Shown here: positions 61,562 through 64,000 of the stretch, in pieces
Position numbering within the stretch: position 1 is the stretch's first letter
Layout: each line of letters starts with the position of its first letter
Source: Spironucleus salmonicida
Lineage: Eukaryota
NCBI RefSeq assembly: GCF_000497125.1
Contig: NC_090596.1
Span: 248,001-312,000, forward strand
Length of the DNA: 64,000 nucleotides
Reading direction: 5' to 3'
The notes under the pieces: generated by a model
Databases searched by the model: none
What the model was told of the DNA's origin: nothing
What the model saw: the letters and a program-made list of their open reading frames with translations, nothing else
Program-made: the position numbers and the translations under genes

Positions 61562-63670
61562 TCAGTTAAATCTTTTTGTAAATATCTTTAATATATCCAA
61601 ATAATGGTCTTAAGCTCGTTAAAAAATATCTTCCACTTTCTTATTATCTTGTATTCTATTTAAATATTAAAATAAATACCTAGTTCGACCAAACTAGTCA
61701 CAAAAATCATCAAAGTCAGTAAATTGTATGCAAACTGGTAGAATCTACTCTTGTAGTCTTACTTTGGTAAATAACTACTTAATTAAATTATCTAACAAAC
61801 TTTATTATGTTTAGATCTTAAGGAGCTAAGAAAGACTTACCAAGTGAGATTCTTTATCTAGCAAATTTTTCACAATAGACCATTAAGATCGACAAATCGC
61901 ATATATCAGTGCACAATTACCTGAATTATCTTGAAAACCATATTCAAGTTTACTAAGGAATAGAGCTATTTCCGCATTTTCATCTTCAATTGCCATCATA
62001 AGGGACGTTTTTCCATCATTATTTTGATGGGTTATTATATATTCATATAGATATTTAACATGAGCTAATTGATTACAATAAAAAAGAGGATTATTTCCCT
62101 ATTTATCATTAATTTATACTTGAGATATACACATTTATACCGCATAGAAATCTTCAAGTTCTAGGGCCTTCATTAACAAAGTTTCTCCTGTACTATAAAT
62201 AGGTTACTTTTCCAAAGATAATATATAACTTAAACCTTCATAAAACGTCGATGAGATGCAAAGTTCCGCAGGAGAATCTTCATATTCATAATACACATCA
62301 TTCAGGGATTTAGGATAAATGACCTTAAGCAGGTAAATGTTTTGATTTTGAATTATTTCGGTAAGTAAAGCTCTATAATTTGGATGTTATAAAAGCAGCT
62401 TTGAGTATAAACTAACAAAGTCATCATTATATGAATCAAAATTAGCCAAAATTATATTTATACTATGCACTACTGGTATTCTTAATAAAACATCGTAACT
62501 AAGGGCGTTATTCACAATAAGTATTGGTAAAATTTGTTCAATAGATTCAGCTGAAAGATTAAAGCCAAAAAGCACAGCAATATTATTGATATTGTATTAA
62601 ACCGCGTACTCGCAGAAGTTTTTATTAACTAGAAGCTGTAATTATTATTCGCTTAAAATTTATTTAAGTGGCGTCAAAGAGCCATTTTAATAGCCAATTT
62701 AAGCTAGTGTAAGACCGTTGAATAATATAGTCGAAATATCAGAATTTATAACAATTGGGGTGTTAAAAAATTCTAAATAAGAAGGATATTAAATAATTGG
62801 GCGTGGATTGATGTTTTCAATGAATGATGGCTTCTGATTTATTTCTTACAGGCTAGTAATACGATTAAAATAAAGTTAAGAAAATTCCCACTTTCCATTG
62901 TTAAAATTGATTTCAGGATCGATAAGAAAGCCATTTGTAAATGAATATGCTGTAATTTAGCAACGTAAATCCAAAATAAAGTAAACTTTTGAGCTCGCAT
63001 CATAGAATATGAAAATACCATTTCGGTGAGAGTCAAACCATATGTTTTCTGCCTATAAAAATATTGCTGTTTTGTTTTGGTATAATCTAAATTATTTTGA
63101 CTACTCTCTAACTATGAAATTATCATTATAAACATACAACCTAGCTTCTTTTGACACATATTATACAGTTTAAAATTAATTATTGACAAATTACTTAATA
63201 GTACCATTATTGCAAAAGTATAAATTATTTTTATACACACAAAGTCGATTATGTGGAAGTTCTTAGTCATAATCTTAAATATTGTAAAAAATGCTAACTG
63301 TAAGTTTATTTAGATGGTATATGCATGAACCAATATGCGCTAAAACCATATCTTTGTAGTTTACAATTTCATAGTAATGTGGTTGCTTTTTAATTTAAAA
63401 TCCTTCGCAGTATTGGGTACAGTAGTAGGGAAAATCAACGGCTGCTTATTCTAATATATGAAATTACTCTGTTATTCGGAAAGCACTATTTTTTCCATAA
63501 CAATAAAGTTGGTTGCCATTTTAATGTGCAAAGAGTCTAAAGTATTTTGAAACTATATTATAATCTAGTTCATCAGAAATTGATGCATATTAATCTTAAT
63601 CATAAAATGATTCATCATTACTATCTTATGAAATAGAATCTGAAAAATCCTCTATAAAGTCATCGTTCAT
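61562..63670 (-). CDS. Ankyrin-repeat protein with beta-rich N-terminal region (702 aa)
   Basis: TGETLLMKAL, DKQGNNPLFY, NNDGKTSLMMAI, DNSGNCALIYAI; stop followed by AGTGA. Confidence 0.8.
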
Positions 63671-63720
63671 TATTAATAGACTTATATTTATATTATATTA
63701 ATTATAATTTTTACTATATA

Positions 63721-64000
63721 ATGTCTTAACAAGATTTAACTGTATTAGCTGCATTCGAATTAGAACTTTTTTAGGAAATGTAAAATTTTTCATCTTAGAT
63801 TATTAAACTTAACGATAAATATGAAAATTAAAAGATAAATCAATCAGTAATCAACCCATAATTAATTAATACCTTTTTTATTGACTAATTGTAGCTATTT
63901 GATGTTAAATTATTGAATTAGACGATATAAAATGATTAACATAGTAAAATATATTTAAAATAAAGCCATTTATCACAATACGAAAATATTGAAACTAAAT
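63721..64000 (+). CDS. Hypothetical protein, 5' part (runs off window)
   Basis: MSQQDLTVLAAFELELFQEM...; no TGA to window end; AT-rich spacer upstream. Confidence 0.55.

Noticed and set aside
63380-63470. NEK-kinase remnant (YCTQYCEG) in the ankyrin gene
   Set aside because: No HRD/DFG-type motifs follow; the region looks like beta-repeat sequence
1-64000. Pseudogene field or degraded genome (many in-frame TAA/TAG)
   Set aside because: TAA/TAG fall at conserved Gln positions and table 6 restores long intact ORFs
1-64000. CRISPR arrays, transposons, tRNA/rRNA genes, tandem repeats
   Set aside because: No repeat-spacer array, transposase/RT motif, T-loop consensus or rRNA-like sequence seen by eye; tRNAscan and Infernal would be needed to exclude divergent RNAs

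Overview
AT-rich, very gene-dense, apparently intron-less eukaryotic DNA that uses the TAA/TAG=Gln code (translation table 6), with TGA as the only stop. The supplied standard-code ORF track therefore shows only fragments. Code, compactness, AGTGA signals at stop codons and gene families point to a hexamitid diplomonad (Spironucleus/Hexamita-like); this is inference. Hand translation with table 6 gives 39 CDS, including LST8, NOT1, TBCE, V-ATPase c'', B9D1, a Tul1-like E3, CFAP57, eIF5B, a UBE2J1-like E2, Pol III RPC1, PSF2, two PP2C paralogues, and Myb/SANT, LRR, Kelch, ankyrin and coiled-coil proteins. Most interesting: (1) an EED/ESC-like Polycomb WD40 protein with the methyl-lysine cage aromatics; (2) a La-motif/RRM/xRRM LARP7-like protein; (3) RPC1 with GADFDGD in place of the near-invariant NADFDGD, plus a shortened clamp head and a large insertion; (4) recurrent GC-rich patches with C-to-G skew inversions that ignore gene strand and resemble replication origins. 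No tRNA, rRNA, CRISPR or mobile element was recognised. Family calls come from remembered motifs, not database searches, and the longest ORFs were frame-checked at ends and several internal points rather than codon by codon.
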